Assembly (NCBI GenBank): GCA_963977445.1 | Contig: CAXBPH010000104.1 | Coordinates: 1-21,512, forward strand | Direction: 5' to 3' | Length of the DNA: 21,512 bases | Source of the DNA: an uncultured bacterium | GTDB taxonomy: Bacteria > Hydrogenedentota > Hydrogenedentia > Hydrogenedentales > JAEUWI01 | Part shown: positions 1 through 8,777 of the stretch, one piece after another | Layout of the letters: the number at the start of each line of letters is the position of its first letter | How positions within the stretch are numbered: the first letter of the stretch is position 1 | The notes under the pieces: model-generated | The model's database searches: none | The model's input: the letters and a program-made list of their open reading frames with translations, nothing else | Told to the model about the DNA's origin: nothing | Program-made: the position numbers and the translations under genes

Positions 1-148
1 ACGGATACACTTAAGAAACACGATCTAGCGTCCAAGCAATGGGGTCCACCTCTCTACGGGCGATTCCGCTCCGCCCGCGTTCTCTTTAGAAGGTGTAAAA
101 TAGTGCGCATAGGATGAAAACTATATGGCTTTTTGAGGGTCGTACACC

Positions 149-154
149 TATAAT
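149..154 (+). promoter_or_regulatory. Candidate sigma70 -10 box (TATAAT) for the GntR gene
   Basis: Perfect TATAAT at 149-154; only a weak -35 (TGGCTT, 126-131) at 17-nt spacing. Confidence 0.35.
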
Positions 155-227
155 GGCACGGTAACTTCCTTAAGCCAATCGATTCGGTACCCAATTCAGC
201 GCAAAGAAAACGTTAAGGAACTATTCC

Positions 228-656
228 ATGCTTGAGTCGATAAATTTGAAGAGTAATGTGGCGGTATTCGCCCAGATAGAGAATGAGGTGCGTTTTGCCA
301 TCGCCTCTGGCGCATTGAAGGCGGGGGAAAAACTCCCCACCGTGCGTGCGGTGGCCGACACCCTTGCGGTTAACCCCAATACGGTGGCCAAGGCCTATCG
401 CGACCTGGAGATCATGGGCCTCGTGTATACGCGGCGGGGTATGGGCATCTTCATCAAAGAAGGCGTCGAAAGTCAGTGTCAGTCGGAATGCTATCGGGAT
501 ATCATCAGTAAAATGCATGAGGTCGTTGCTGAAGCAAAGGCAGCGGGTCTGAAAGAGACCGACGTAAAAAGTCTCGCCAAAAAATGCTTTGCTTCCGAAT
601 GCACCCCCTACGAGACACCGCCCTCCAGTATCATGGCCTTGTCGAGAAAAATGTAA
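228..656 (+). CDS. GntR-family transcriptional regulator (YtrA-like)
   Basis: Winged-HTH signature GEKLPTVRAVADTLAVNPNTVAKAYRDLE..GLVYTRRGMG; short helical C-terminus; AAGGA RBS upstream. Confidence 0.93.
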   Translation: MLESINLKSNVAVFAQIENEVRFAIASGALKAGEKLPTVRAVADTLAVNPNTVAKAYRDLEIMGLVYTRRGMGIFIKEGVESQCQSECYRDIISKMHEVVAEAKAAGLKETDVKSLAKKCFASECTPYETPPSSIMALSRKM

Positions 657-749
657 GTAGCGGACTGGAAATCCGGGTCGGGTGAGTTCCAGGGAGCAAT
701 CGTATCAGGCCAGACGTTGTCTCGGCCAAAATGCAATTGGAGCGACGGT

Positions 750-2228
750 ATGTCCTATATTCTGGCAATGGATCAGGGAACAACCAGTTCCCGCGCACTA
801 CTCGTTGACATCGAAGGTTCCATCGTCGGTGTTGCGCAAGAAGAATTTAAACAGCATTTTCCCAAGCCCGGCTGGGTGGAGCACGATGCCGAAGCTATCT
901 GGGAGACCCAGTACAGGGTAACAAAAAAAGTATTGTCTGATACCGGCATTTCGATGGAGGAGGTGCAGGCGATTGGTATCGTTAATCAGCGCGAAACCGT
1001 CGTGGTCTGGGAGCGTTCCACGGGAAAACCCATTCACCACGCCATCGTGTGGCAGGATAGGCGGACCTCGGGGCGCTGCGATACCCTCCGTGAGCAGGGG
1101 CACGCCGAGACGATTCAGCAGAAAACCGGCCTTATTATCGACGCCTATTTTTCCGGAACAAAGATCGCCTGGCTCCTCGATAATGTGTCGGGCGCACGGG
1201 CAAAGGCAGAAGCGGGGGAGTTGGCCTTTGGCACCATCGACTCTTGGCTTATCTGGAAACTGACCGGCGGCACGCGACATGTTACCGATGCCTCCAATGC
1301 CTCGCGGACGCTTCTCTTCAATATTCACACGGGTGATTGGGATGACGAACTGCTGGAGATGCTCAACGTACCCCGGAGTCTCTTGCCCGAAGTGGTCGAT
1401 TCCAGTGGCGTGTGCGGCGAGACGCAGGCCGACCTCTTTGGCACATCGGTGCCCATTGCCGGTATGGCGGGGGACCAGCAGGCCGCCCTCTTTGGCCAGC
1501 AATGCACCCAGCCAGGTATGGTAAAAAACACCTATGGAACGGGCTGTTTCATGCTCATGCATACGGGCACAAAGGCCGTGCCTTCAACCCACCAGTTGTT
1601 GACCACCGTGGCCTGGCGTATTGACGGGCAGCTCGAATATGCACTCGAAGGCAGCGTATTTGTGGCGGGTGCTGTGGTGCAGTGGCTTCGCGACGAACTC
1701 GGCATCATCAAAGACGCGGCAGAAGTCGAGGAATTGGCCGCGAGCGTGCCGGACAATGGCGGGGCCTATCTCGTGCCCGCGTTTACGGGGCTGGGTGCGC
1801 CTTACTGGGATCAATACGCCCGTGGAACGATTGTGGGGTTGACCCGGGGCACCAACAAAGCCCATATTGCCCGTGCGGCCCTCGAAGGGATTGCCTATCA
1901 GGTGATGGATTTGCTCACGGCCATGAAGGCGGATGCGGAAACCCCGATTGCCGAGTTTCGCGTCGATGGGGGTGCGGCGGCGAATAACTTGCTGCTTCAG
2001 TTTCAATCCGACATCACCGACGTGCCTATTGCCCGTCCCACCATATTGGAATCCACCGCCCTCGGGGCCGCCTTTCTTGCGGGTCTGGCGGTAGGGTTCT
2101 GGCCCGACCGAGAGGCGCTGGCCTCCCAATGGCAGCCCGCCATGTCGCCAGAAGTGCGGAAACGCAATCAAGACGGCTGGAAAAAAGCACTGGACCGCGC
2201 CCGTGACTGGGAAACGGACAAGGCGTGA
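750..2228 (+). CDS. glpK: Glycerol kinase
   Basis: FGGY kinase motifs [47 protein letters not shown]; start set at ATG 750 after GGAG (739-742). Confidence 0.97.
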   Translation: MSYILAMDQGTTSSRALLVDIEGSIVGVAQEEFKQHFPKPGWVEHDAEAIWETQYRVTKKVLSDTGISMEEVQAIGIVNQRETVVVWERSTGKPIHHAIVWQDRRTSGRCDTLREQGHAETIQQKTGLIIDAYFSGTKIAWLLDNVSGARAKAEAGELAFGTIDSWLIWKLTGGTRHVTDASNASRTLLFNIHTGDWDDELLEMLNVPRSLLPEVVDSSGVCGETQADLFGTSVPIAGMAGDQQAALFGQQCTQPGMVKNTYGTGCFMLMHTGTKAVPSTHQLLTTVAWRIDGQLEYALEGSVFVAGAVVQWLRDELGIIKDAAEVEELAASVPDNGGAYLVPAFTGLGAPYWDQYARGTIVGLTRGTNKAHIARAALEGIAYQVMDLLTAMKADAETPIAEFRVDGGAAANNLLLQFQSDITDVPIARPTILESTALGAAFLAGLAVGFWPDREALASQWQPAMSPEVRKRNQDGWKKALDRARDWETDKA

Positions 2229-2242
2229 TCAGGAGAAAATAA

Positions 2243-3805
2243 ATGCAACGAGAAAAAATGATTGCCCGCCTGGAAAAACACGGCGATGCACTTTGGGATA
2301 TGGTCATTATTGGGGGCGGTGCCACGGGCCTGGGCGTGGCCATCGACAGCGCTTCCCGGGGCTATAAAACGCTCCTGCTGGAACGCAGCGATTTTGCCAA
2401 GGGCACATCGAGCCGCAGCACCAAGCTCGTCCACGGCGGCGTCCGCTATCTCCAGCAGGGCAACGTGTCCCTCGTGATGGAGGCGCTGAAAGAGCGTGGG
2501 ATCCTCCGCCGGAATGCGCCCCATCTCGTCCATGATTTGCCTTTCGTGGTGCCCAACTACGACTGGTGGGAAGCGCCCTTTTACGGTATCGGCATGCGGG
2601 TCTATGACATGCTTGCCGGAAAATATGGCTTTGGCCCTTCCCGTAATCTTTCCCGGGAAGAGACCATCGAGCGCTTGCCAACCATTGAAACCAACGGACT
2701 GCGGGGTGGCGTCGTCTACCACGATGGCCAATTCGACGATGCGCGCCTGGCGATAAATATGGCGACTACGGCGTCCGAGCAGGGGGCCGTCATGCTGAAT
2801 TATATGAATGTCGCGCGCCTGCTCATCCATGATGGTATCGTGACCGGGCTGGTGGCGACCGACGGGGAATCAGGCAAGGAATATACGGTGAATGCCCGGG
2901 TGGTCATCAACGCTACGGGACCCTTTACGGACGCGGTTCGTCAGATGGAAGACCCCAAGGCGCCGAAGATGATCAGCCCGAGTCAGGGCGTCCATATCGT
3001 ATTGCCGAAAGAATTTCTTCCGGGGAATACGGCGATTATGGTGCCCCATACGGACGATGGCCGCGTTCTTTTTGCGATTCCGTGGCACGACCATGTGGTG
3101 GTGGGAACAACCGATACACCCATCGACGATATTCCCGTCGAGCCCAAGGCGCAGGAGGAAGAGATTGAGTTCCTCATGACCCACGCCGCCCGCTATCTCA
3201 CGAAAGACCCCACGCCCGCCGATGTACGCAGTGTTTTCGTAGGGATTCGACCCCTCGTGCGGGGTGGCGGCGAAGAAAATACAGCGGCCCTGTCCCGGGA
3301 CCACAGCCTCACCATATCCAAAGGGGGGCTGGTCACGATTGCGGGGGGCAAGTGGACCACCTATCGCCACATGGCCGAAGACACGGTAGACCAGGCGGCG
3401 GTGCTGGCCGGGTTGGAAGAGCGTGCCACGGTGACACGGGAGCTCAATATTCACGGTTATCACAAACACGCCCAGGAGTTTGGTGCACTGGCGATCTACG
3501 GTACGGACGCCCGGGAAATTGAGGCTATCATTCGCGAGGACGCCACGTGGGCGGCACCCATTCATCCTGAGTTGCCTACCATTGGTGCGGAAGTCGTGTG
3601 GGCTGGTCGCGAGGAGATGGCGCGGACGGTGGAAGACGTGCTCGCCCGCCGGACCCGTTCGTTATTGCTTCACGCCCGGGCGAGTATCGAGGCCGCCCCG
3701 GCCGTGGCGAAGATTCTCGCCTTGGTGTTGGGGCGTGATCCCGAATGGGAGCGGGCGCAGGTGGATGCCTATGAAGCCTTGGCCGATGGGTATTTGCTGC
3801 GGTAA
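2243..3805 (+). CDS. glpD: FAD-dependent glycerol-3-phosphate dehydrogenase/oxidase
   Basis: IGGGATG FAD-binding motif, GTSSRSTKLVHGGVRYL, DGQFDDAR, GGKWTTYR; AGGAG RBS; 14 nt downstream of glpK. Confidence 0.95.
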   Translation: MQREKMIARLEKHGDALWDMVIIGGGATGLGVAIDSASRGYKTLLLERSDFAKGTSSRSTKLVHGGVRYLQQGNVSLVMEALKERGILRRNAPHLVHDLPFVVPNYDWWEAPFYGIGMRVYDMLAGKYGFGPSRNLSREETIERLPTIETNGLRGGVVYHDGQFDDARLAINMATTASEQGAVMLNYMNVARLLIHDGIVTGLVATDGESGKEYTVNARVVINATGPFTDAVRQMEDPKAPKMISPSQGVHIVLPKEFLPGNTAIMVPHTDDGRVLFAIPWHDHVVVGTTDTPIDDIPVEPKAQEEEIEFLMTHAARYLTKDPTPADVRSVFVGIRPLVRGGGEENTAALSRDHSLTISKGGLVTIAGGKWTTYRHMAEDTVDQAAVLAGLEERATVTRELNIHGYHKHAQEFGALAIYGTDAREIEAIIREDATWAAPIHPELPTIGAEVVWAGREEMARTVEDVLARRTRSLLLHARASIEAAPAVAKILALVLGRDPEWERAQVDAYEALADGYLLR

Positions 3806-3840
3806 GGATGCTTGGTTTTCGGAGTGTTTTAAGATTTTTA

Positions 3841-3915
3841 AACCACAAAGAACACAGAGAGCACAAAGGGTGTTGTCCCCATCTTCCTTTTGTGTTCTCT
3901 GTGTTCTTTGTGGTT
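3841..3915. repeat. Palindromic element copy 1 (27-bp arms built from CACA[A/G]AGA[A/G] 9-mers)
   Basis: AACCACAAAGAACACAGAGAGCACAAA ... TTTGTGTTCTCTGTGTTCTTTGTGGTT. Confidence 0.95.
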
Positions 3916-4086
3916 CAAAAGGTTTTTTCTTTTGAGTGAATTTGGTGTTTTCTGGCCAGAATAGGCGAATTTATAGGAGCCCGGATTCTTGCTCAACCCA
4001 ACCCAAAGACAGAAATTTGAGCGCCTCTCGAGGGTAGTTGCTGGGGTAGTGGATACCTGTTGTTCCAAAGCGTTTTGAGATTTTTA

Positions 4087-4161
4087 AACCACAAAGAACG
4101 CAGAGAACACAAAGGGTGTATTTCCCATCTTTTTTTTGTGTTCTCTGCGTTCTCTGTGGTT
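4087..4161. repeat. Palindromic element copy 2
   Basis: AACCACAAAGAACGCAGAGAACACAAA ... TTTGTGTTCTCTGCGTTCTCTGTGGTT. Confidence 0.95.
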
Positions 4162-4332
4162 CAAAAGGTTTTGTTTTTTGAGTGAATTTAGTGTTTTCTG
4201 ACCAGAATAGGCGAATTTATAGGGGCCCGGGTTCTTGCTCAACCCAACTCCAAGACAGAAATTGGAGCGCCTCTCGAGGATAGTTGCTGGGGTAGGGGGT
4301 GCTTGTTTTTTCGACGTGTTTTGAGATTTTTG

Positions 4333-4407
4333 AACCACAAAGAACGCAGAGAGCACAAAGGGTATTTATCCCAATTTCTTTTTGTGTTCTCTGTGTTCTT
4401 TGTGGTT
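4333..4407. repeat. Palindromic element copy 3
   Basis: AACCACAAAGAACGCAGAGAGCACAAA ... TTTGTGTTCTCTGTGTTCTTTGTGGTT. Confidence 0.95.
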
Positions 4408-4579
4408 CAAAAGGTTTTGTGTTTTGAGTGAATTGCATGTTTTTATCTGGCCTGAGTAAGCGAAATCTATAAGTGCCCGGTTTTCACTCCACCCAACGTC
4501 AAGATAACTATTGGAGCGCCTCTCGAGGGTAGTTGCTGAGGTAGGGATACCTGTTTTTCCGAAGCGTTTTGAGATTTTG

Positions 4580-4655
4580 AACCACAAAGAACGCAGAGAA
4601 CACAGAGGGTGTTTATCCCCATTTTCTTTTTGTGTTCTCTGTGTTCTTTGTGGTT
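4580..4655. repeat. Palindromic element copy 4
   Basis: AACCACAAAGAACGCAGAGAACACAGA ... TTTGTGTTCTCTGTGTTCTTTGTGGTT. Confidence 0.95.
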
Positions 4656-4690
4656 AAAAAGATCTTTCCTTTTGGGTGTATTACGTGTTC

Positions 4691-4720
4691 TTGTCCGGCT
4701 CCAATGAAAGAACCTATACT
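4691..4720 (+). promoter_or_regulatory. Candidate sigma70 promoter for the 4773 gene
   Basis: TTGTCC (4691-4696), 18 nt, TATACT (4715-4720), about 50 nt upstream of the ATG. Confidence 0.5.
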
Positions 4721-4772
4721 TAGCTCGTCCGTATCTTTCCCAGCCTCAGGCCTATCTCAGGAGCTCTTTTCC

Positions 4773-7028
4773 ATGTACCCCCGATATTTTTGCACCGTTC
4801 TCGCGGTATTTTTTGCCTCATCTTTGCCTGTTATGGCCGAGTTACCCATTCCCGAAAACCCACAGTGGGAAGTCATCAAGGATGAAGTCTACCTCCAGGA
4901 ATCATCCCGACAAATCCTGAGCGAGACGCCCATTACCAGCGTCGCGGTATTTCAGGAGGGTGTCTACACGGGTGGCCCCGCAGGCCTGGCCAAACTGGAC
5001 GGCGAAGGACTTGTTCCGATTGCAGCGGTCACCGGGCCGATTACCCAATTGCACACCTATCTCGATGTGCTCTGGGTGGTGGGAGAGTCCGGGGTGTGGG
5101 CATTTGATGGAACTACCTGGCAGCCCATCAGCACGAAGCCCGTGGCCGACTTGTGTCTCCACAATGGCCATGTGGTGGGCCTCATGGATGGCATGGTCTA
5201 CGACGTGAGCTTTTCCGGATTGCTGGCGATGGGTGCGGAAGCCGCGCCGGGTCCACCCCTGCAAGGGCTGGCCTCCTATGCAGGCACGCTATACGTCCAC
5301 AATGGAAAACGAGTGGGCATCTTCGAAAACGGACGCTTTGCCGGTCAGTATCTGGCGGACTGGGGCCAGCTTACCCCGGGGGCAACGATTCGCGACATGA
5401 TGGCGTGGGGAAGTCGTCTCGTCCTGGCGACGGACAAAGGCCTCGCGATGCTTCGTGGTGCCACCTGGTATGCCACCACCGGAGAAGATGGGTTGCCCGT
5501 GGAGGATACGACGGCCCTGACGACGGGGTTTGACCACGATCTCTGGATTGGATCGCACCGGGGTGCCATGCGCGAGGTGGATGGAGAATTTCACTACTTT
5601 GGCCACCAGCGTTGGCTGCCAGACAATAACGTAAACGGTATCGCCACAACCGACCGGGCTGCGTACATCGCTACCGACGGCGGTCTGGGCATCATCGACT
5701 ATGAACCCTACACCCTGGCAAAGAAGGCCGCCTGGTATGAGCGCTGGATGACCGAATGGGGTCACAAGCGTCTTGGATTCACCCATTCCCTCGTGAAGCG
5801 CGATGGAGAATGGATACGTCACATAAGCGATAACGACGTGGGGTATAGCAGTCACTATTTCAACGCCCTGTGCTACAAATTCGCGGTTACCGGCGACCCG
5901 GCTGTCCGCGACGAAGCGTTGGACATGATGAAATCGGTGAAGTGGAGCGAAGAAATCACGTCCATCGATGGATTTCCGGCCCGATCCATCTGGGCCGTTG
6001 GAGATCAAGGAGACAAAGCCAAACATGGCTCCGGTGGCTTGCCTGCGGAGTGGAATCGCACCGAAGACGATAAATGGGAGTGGAAAGGCGATACGTCCAG
6101 CGACGAAATGGTGGCCCAGCACTACGAAACCGCCCTCTTTCTCGACATCATCGCCAATGAAGACGAAACAGTCTGGGCCACAGAGCATGTCAATCGCCTC
6201 ATGTCCCACCTGTTGGACAACGGCTTCGTATTGCGCGATACCGATGGGGAACCCACCCGTTGGGCCCGTTGGGACCCCGAGTATCTGCTGGCACCCAAAG
6301 GCTTCGCAGAGCGCGGTCTGAATGCCCTCCAGGCCCTGAGTTATATGGCCTCAGCCTATCACCAAACGGGCGACCCGAAGTTTCAGCAGGGCCAGGCCCA
6401 GCTTATCGAATGGGGATACCTCGATCAGGTGCTGCGCCAGAAACGTACCTTTCACCCCGGCTACTTCACCTGGTTTGACGACCGCCTGGCCTTCCTGGCC
6501 TATGGTCCCTTGCTCCGCTATGAGACCGATCCCGATTTACGCAGTCTTTATCTCCGCAGTCTGGAGCGCAGTTGGGAAGTGAAGCGGGTCGAACACCTGG
6601 CGTGGTTTAACTTTGTCTATGGTGCGGCAACCGGCAACGATTGCGAGACCGCCGAGGCCGTGAAGCATCTTCGCGAATGGCCCCTCGACCTCCGGGAGTA
6701 TTCCTATGAAAACTCTCACCGGGACGACCTCCATGGCGAAGAGGGCTACCGCATGTATTCCGAGCGCATTCGTTCCTTCAGTCCCCGCGAAACCCGGCCG
6801 GCCCGGTGGGACGATAATTGGCTTCAGATGGACCGACAGGGCGGCGGAAACAGCGTCACCGAGCCGGGTGGTTGGCTGGAAGCCTATTGGATGGGCCGCT
6901 ACTACGGCATGATAACGGCACCCCAGACCCAAGATGAAGCGTTGCTCACCGTGCCCCAACGGGGACTGCAACTGGGTGCGAAACCCTACACCGGGCCTTC
7001 GCGGCCGAAGTTGAAACACGAAGAGTAA
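4773..7028 (+). CDS. Secreted protein: N-terminal beta-propeller plus C-terminal putative (alpha/alpha)-barrel glycoside-hydrolase-like domain
   Basis: ATG 4773 after AGGAG; signal peptide MYPRYFCTVLAVFFASSLPVMA; propeller-type repeats (LVLATDKGL, DLWIGSHRG, YIATDGGLG); helical half with DNDVGY, GFPARS, WKGDTSSDE. Coding status is solid, function is inferred. Confidence 0.75.
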   Translation: MYPRYFCTVLAVFFASSLPVMAELPIPENPQWEVIKDEVYLQESSRQILSETPITSVAVFQEGVYTGGPAGLAKLDGEGLVPIAAVTGPITQLHTYLDVLWVVGESGVWAFDGTTWQPISTKPVADLCLHNGHVVGLMDGMVYDVSFSGLLAMGAEAAPGPPLQGLASYAGTLYVHNGKRVGIFENGRFAGQYLADWGQLTPGATIRDMMAWGSRLVLATDKGLAMLRGATWYATTGEDGLPVEDTTALTTGFDHDLWIGSHRGAMREVDGEFHYFGHQRWLPDNNVNGIATTDRAAYIATDGGLGIIDYEPYTLAKKAAWYERWMTEWGHKRLGFTHSLVKRDGEWIRHISDNDVGYSSHYFNALCYKFAVTGDPAVRDEALDMMKSVKWSEEITSIDGFPARSIWAVGDQGDKAKHGSGGLPAEWNRTEDDKWEWKGDTSSDEMVAQHYETALFLDIIANEDETVWATEHVNRLMSHLLDNGFVLRDTDGEPTRWARWDPEYLLAPKGFAERGLNALQALSYMASAYHQTGDPKFQQGQAQLIEWGYLDQVLRQKRTFHPGYFTWFDDRLAFLAYGPLLRYETDPDLRSLYLRSLERSWEVKRVEHLAWFNFVYGAATGNDCETAEAVKHLREWPLDLREYSYENSHRDDLHGEEGYRMYSERIRSFSPRETRPARWDDNWLQMDRQGGGNSVTEPGGWLEAYWMGRYYGMITAPQTQDEALLTVPQRGLQLGAKPYTGPSRPKLKHEE

Positions 7029-7057
7029 GTTCCGGGACACTAGGCATCGAAGACCAG

Positions 7058-7103
7058 CCCGCCGTTTTGTGACACACCGCGCAAAACGGCGGGTTTCGTT
7101 TTG
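7058..7103 (+). terminator. Rho-independent terminator
   Basis: CCCGCCGTTTTG / CAAAACGGCGGG 12-bp stem followed by TTTCGTTTTG. Confidence 0.75.
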
Positions 7104-7233
7104 CCCTCGTTTTAACGCTCCCCGTGCGACATAGGTTTGCCTTCTATCCCGCTACCGTGCCATGCTCTTCCTTTGCTGTAATTCGCTTGCGGCTGCACCT
7201 CGTTGTATTACCCCGCGTTTTCGGAGAGCTTTC

Positions 7234-8673
7234 ATGAATAAGTCGGTTCACTACCTTTTTACGGGGCTTATCGCCCTGTGTCCCCTCCATCTCCAGGCCC
7301 TCGAAGTAACGGGCGGCCTGACCCATCATCAGGTACTTCAATGCGATGACGACGGCACCGCCGACTTCGCCCTTACAGGGAGCGCGGTGACTGCCGGAAG
7401 TCTCGAAGCCCAGGTGGTGGGGGTACAGAAAACCATCGTCCCCTGGACGCCCATTGGTGAGGGGAACACCAGCTGGAACGCAACCCTCAACGACGTTCCC
7501 GTGGGTGGGCCCTACCGCGTTGACCTACGCATTGTCGTCGATGGCGCACCGGTCGAAGAAACCAGCATCTTCGACGTGCTTGTGGGTGATGTGTGGGTAC
7601 TCGCCGGTCAGTCCAACATGCAGGGCGTGGGGGATCGCCACGATGAAGATACCCCCGATCCCCAGGTCCACACCTTCTCCATGAGCTACGAATGGCGGCT
7701 GGCCCAAGAGCCCCTCCACACCTTGCCCGAGTCGCCTGACCCGGTCCATTTCGACCAGAACAAGAGCGCAGAAGAACGGGAAAAGGAAATCGTCAACTGG
7801 CGCGATGGTACGAAAGGAACGGGCCTTGGCCTGCCCTTCGCCAAAGAGATGCTCCGGCGCACGGGCCGTCCTGTAGGCCTGATCGCTTCGGCCCACGGCG
7901 GCACCTCCATGGGCCAGTGGAACCCCGAACTGAAGGACCAGGGAGGCGCGTCTCTCTACGGTTCTATGTTGCAGCAGGTGGCGGCCGCCGGTGGCAAGGT
8001 TCGTGGCGTGCTCTGGTACCAGGGCGAGTCCGATGCCAATCCCGATGCCACGCCCATTTTCCCTGCTGGCTTGCGTGCTCTCATTGCCGCCATGCGTGCT
8101 GATTTTGGCAATCCCGATTTGCCCTTCTATCAGGTTCAGATTGGACGTGTCGTTTTGGGGTGGAACCCCAATTCCTGGGATGCTATCCAAACTGCCCAGC
8201 TGGCCCTCGAAACCGATGTGCCCCATACCGGCACCGTGTCGGCCATCGACCTGGAAACAGACGATGCGATTCATATCAGTACCCCCGGCCTGAAGACGCT
8301 GGGCTATCGTCTCGCCAATCTGGCGGAAGCCGATCTCTTTGGTGGCACGACCCTTGTCGGCCCACGCTATGAATCCATGACCCGGAATGGCCTCCAGCTC
8401 TATGTGAAATTCAGCGGCGTCAATGATCGTTTGCTGGCCGAAGGACGTCCCAACGGTTTCTCCATCAGCGCGGGCCCCGATGGGGATGCGCCCCAGTCCA
8501 TCTACAAGGTGGAAATGGACCCCAATGACCCCACCGTATTAATTCTGTTCACCAACAACCAACTCCCTGAGAATCCCCACCTCTGGTATGGCCGGGGTAT
8601 CGACCCCTATTGCAATATCGTCGATGAAGCCCAGATGGGGATGCCTGTTTTTGGTCCTGTTCCGCTACCGTAG
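7234..8673 (+). CDS. Secreted sialate O-acetylesterase-like (SASA, SGNH) carbohydrate esterase
   Basis: GDVWVLAGQSNM, HGGTS, WYQGESD, DxxH (DAIH); signal peptide MNKSVHYLFTGLIALCPLHLQA; ATG 7234 after GGAGAG. Confidence 0.88.
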   Translation: MNKSVHYLFTGLIALCPLHLQALEVTGGLTHHQVLQCDDDGTADFALTGSAVTAGSLEAQVVGVQKTIVPWTPIGEGNTSWNATLNDVPVGGPYRVDLRIVVDGAPVEETSIFDVLVGDVWVLAGQSNMQGVGDRHDEDTPDPQVHTFSMSYEWRLAQEPLHTLPESPDPVHFDQNKSAEEREKEIVNWRDGTKGTGLGLPFAKEMLRRTGRPVGLIASAHGGTSMGQWNPELKDQGGASLYGSMLQQVAAAGGKVRGVLWYQGESDANPDATPIFPAGLRALIAAMRADFGNPDLPFYQVQIGRVVLGWNPNSWDAIQTAQLALETDVPHTGTVSAIDLETDDAIHISTPGLKTLGYRLANLAEADLFGGTTLVGPRYESMTRNGLQLYVKFSGVNDRLLAEGRPNGFSISAGPDGDAPQSIYKVEMDPNDPTVLILFTNNQLPENPHLWYGRGIDPYCNIVDEAQMGMPVFGPVPLP

Positions 8674-8777
8674 GGACGCCAAACCCGGGTGTCACGTCAC
8701 CCGATTTTTTGTTGAATTACACTATCGTTTATTCGTGGAGTTGTTTACCATGACCGATGGTTCTGAGGAGAATCCCA

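Larger units (their letters stand above)
3788..4772. repeat. Tandem array of ~246-bp units (3 full units plus a diverged partial), each carrying a long inverted repeat
   Basis: Hairpin starts at 3841, 4087, 4333 and 4580 (periods 246, 246, 247). Inter-hairpin segments are homologous; GAGCGCCTCTCGAGG.TAGTTGCTG is in all three. Homology extends into the glpD 3' end and up to the next gene's RBS. Confidence 0.93.

Noticed and set aside
798..3565. Several 195-254-aa minus-strand ORFs
   Set aside because: Antisense to the well-supported glpK and glpD; no recognisable domains
3841..4655. CRISPR array
   Set aside because: Repeats are 75 nt, spacers are about 171 nt and homologous to each other, and no cas genes are present
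4632..4772. N-terminal extension of the 798-aa ORF
   Set aside because: Starts inside hairpin 4; ATG 4773 has an RBS and a signal peptide
5289..8274. 306-aa and 249-aa minus-strand ORFs
   Set aside because: Shadows of the barrel protein and esterase genes
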